This document shows positions 63,099 through 64,000 of a DNA stretch of 64,000 bases, piece by piece. Positions within the stretch are counted from its first letter, which is position 1. Each line of letters opens with the position of its first letter. The DNA comes from Candidatus Xenobia bacterium. Its GTDB lineage: Bacteria > Vulcanimicrobiota > Xenobia > Xenobiales > QWHO01. The position numbers were made by a program, and so were the translations under genes. The stretch is from NCBI GenBank assembly GCA_045863235.1, contig BTUM01000008.1, positions 72,767 through 136,766 of the forward strand, given 5' to 3'. The notes beneath the pieces were generated by a model. It ran no database searches, was not told the origin of the DNA, and worked only from the letters and a program-made list of their open reading frames with translations.

Positions 63099-64000
63099 CT
63101 AGATCCGCTGAAAACTCGAGCTCATGTCCTGGCGATTGATCTGGCTGACGTTCAGGGAAGTGATGCCGTAGTCAGCCACCCCCTTGAGCTCGCCTTCCTG
63201 AGTGACGCCGTCAGCGTTGCCGTCCTTCCAGACCGACAGCCCCTGCAGCTCCTGCCCGTTCACCACGCCGTCCTTGTTCTTGTCGAAGTGCTGAGCCAGC
63301 TTCTGGTAGCCATCCTCAAACTTCTTGCTGCCGTCCACATCGAAGTTGCCGAACAACTCCTTGCCCGAATTGATCTTGCCGTCGCCGTTGACGTCCCAGG
63401 CCAGCAGCCCGTCGCCCCCGTCCTTGGCCAGCCACTCGGTCTTCTCGCGCGTTTCCTGGCGACCGTAGTGCCACATCCCATCCGCCTTCAGCTCGCCCTC
63501 GGGCAGCTTGTCGGTCAGGCCCATCTTTGCTTTCATCCCTTTGGACATGCTCTTTTCCGACCAGCTACTCTGGGTGGGATCGATGTCAAACATGGTGGTG
63601 GCTCCATCGATCTTCCCGTTTCCCGTGATGTTGGCGCCGGTGATGTCAGGCCGACCATTCTGGTTCAGGTCCAGCACGATGGGAGACTTTTGCTCGGTCT
63701 TTTGACCGGCGGTGTGGTCAAACCAGACGTCCCACATCTTGTCGGTCTGAGCGGGCGGGGCCTTGGTTTTGGGAGCTGAGTTGGCCGGCGGCTCATTGGC
63801 CTTGGGAGCCGAGTTGGCCGGCGGCTCATTGGCTTTGGGAGCCGAGTTGGCCGGCGGTTCATTGGCTTTGGGAGCCGAGTTGACCGGCGGCTCATTGGCC
63901 CTGGGAGCCGAGTTGGCCGGCGGCTGGTTGGGCCTGGGGGCCGAGTTGGCCGGCGGCTGGTTGGGCCTGGGAGCCGAGTTGGCCGGCGGCTGGTTGGGCC
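63099..64000 (-). CDS. Pro/Asn repeat protein with C-terminal FrpC self-processing-module-like Ca2+-binding domain (5' end outside window)
   Basis: Frame open to window end; SPIVLDLNQNG, FDID, W...DGLLAWDVNGDGKINSGKELFG, DGYQKLA..DKNKDG, VWKDGNADG..QEGEL. Confidence 0.8.
   Translation of the reverse strand, partial: PNQPPANSAPRPNQPPANSAPRPNQPPANSAPRANEPPVNSAPKANEPPANSAPKANEPPANSAPKANEPPANSAPKTKAPPAQTDKMWDVWFDHTAGQKTEQKSPIVLDLNQNGRPDITGANITGNGKIDGATTMFDIDPTQSSWSEKSMSKGMKAKMGLTDKLPEGELKADGMWHYGRQETREKTEWLAKDGGDGLLAWDVNGDGKINSGKELFGNFDVDGSKKFEDGYQKLAQHFDKNKDGVVNGQELQGLSVWKDGNADGVTQEGELKGVADYGITSLNVSQINRQDMSSSFQRI
63770..64000. repeat. 33-bp coding tandem repeat, at least 7 copies ([PA]N[QE]PP[AV]NSAP[RK])
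   Basis: Unit on + strand like tgggagccgagttggccggcggctcattggctt; runs off the window end. Confidence 0.95.

Noticed and set aside
61794..63779. 661-aa plus-strand ORF
   Set aside because: Antisense to two motif-bearing genes and their repeats
62468..64000. 66-bp and 33-bp repeats as CRISPR or mobile-element ends
   Set aside because: Lengths are multiples of 3, in frame, with mostly codon-level variation: coding Pro-rich linkers
1..64000. Frequent CTCGAG/TCGA words
   Set aside because: Plausibly explained by Leu-Glu codon pairs (CTC GAG) in a high-GC genome; enrichment was not computed

Overview
High-GC bacterial chromosomal window with no rRNA, tRNA, CRISPR array or recognisable mobile element. 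It mixes diderm envelope genes (TamB-like, LspA, MsbA-like ABC transporter, outer-membrane barrel) with Firmicutes-style housekeeping genes (rplU-prp, nrdR-punA-pdp, Cys-rich HisS type). This suggests a diderm Terrabacteria lineage such as Eremiobacterota/Vulcanimicrobiota, which is an inference only. Contents: mreB end, Uma2 nuclease, Ser/Thr kinase, tamB, tandem PilZ, MoxR-DUF58-transglutaminase operon, a two-component pair, a stand-alone ftsZ, TPR-HD-GYP, amidase, hydrolases, Fpg/Nei, an accB-ABC-wecB-degT-heparinase operon, ftsA-nrdR-punA-pdp, rplU-prp-lspA, a partial type IV pilus locus embedded in c-di-GMP and phosphorelay genes, a desaturase, and Pro-repeat proteins. Most notable observations: (1) a HisRS paralogue lacking its ATP-binding residues and carrying a ~330-aa charged disordered tail, preceded by a structured 420-nt intergenic region; (2) a pseudokinase fused to a PilB N-terminal-like domain near pilM-pilB-pilC; (3) a shared C-terminal tag on two unrelated orphan proteins; (4) a eukaryote-like sphingolipid delta-4 desaturase; (5) adjacent FrpC-SPM-like and Tgl-like cross-linking modules; (6) nrdR with an apparent CTG start; (7) a 3x28-bp repeat in the rplU leader, with rpmA missing from that operon. 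All family calls come from motif recognition by eye, not database searches.
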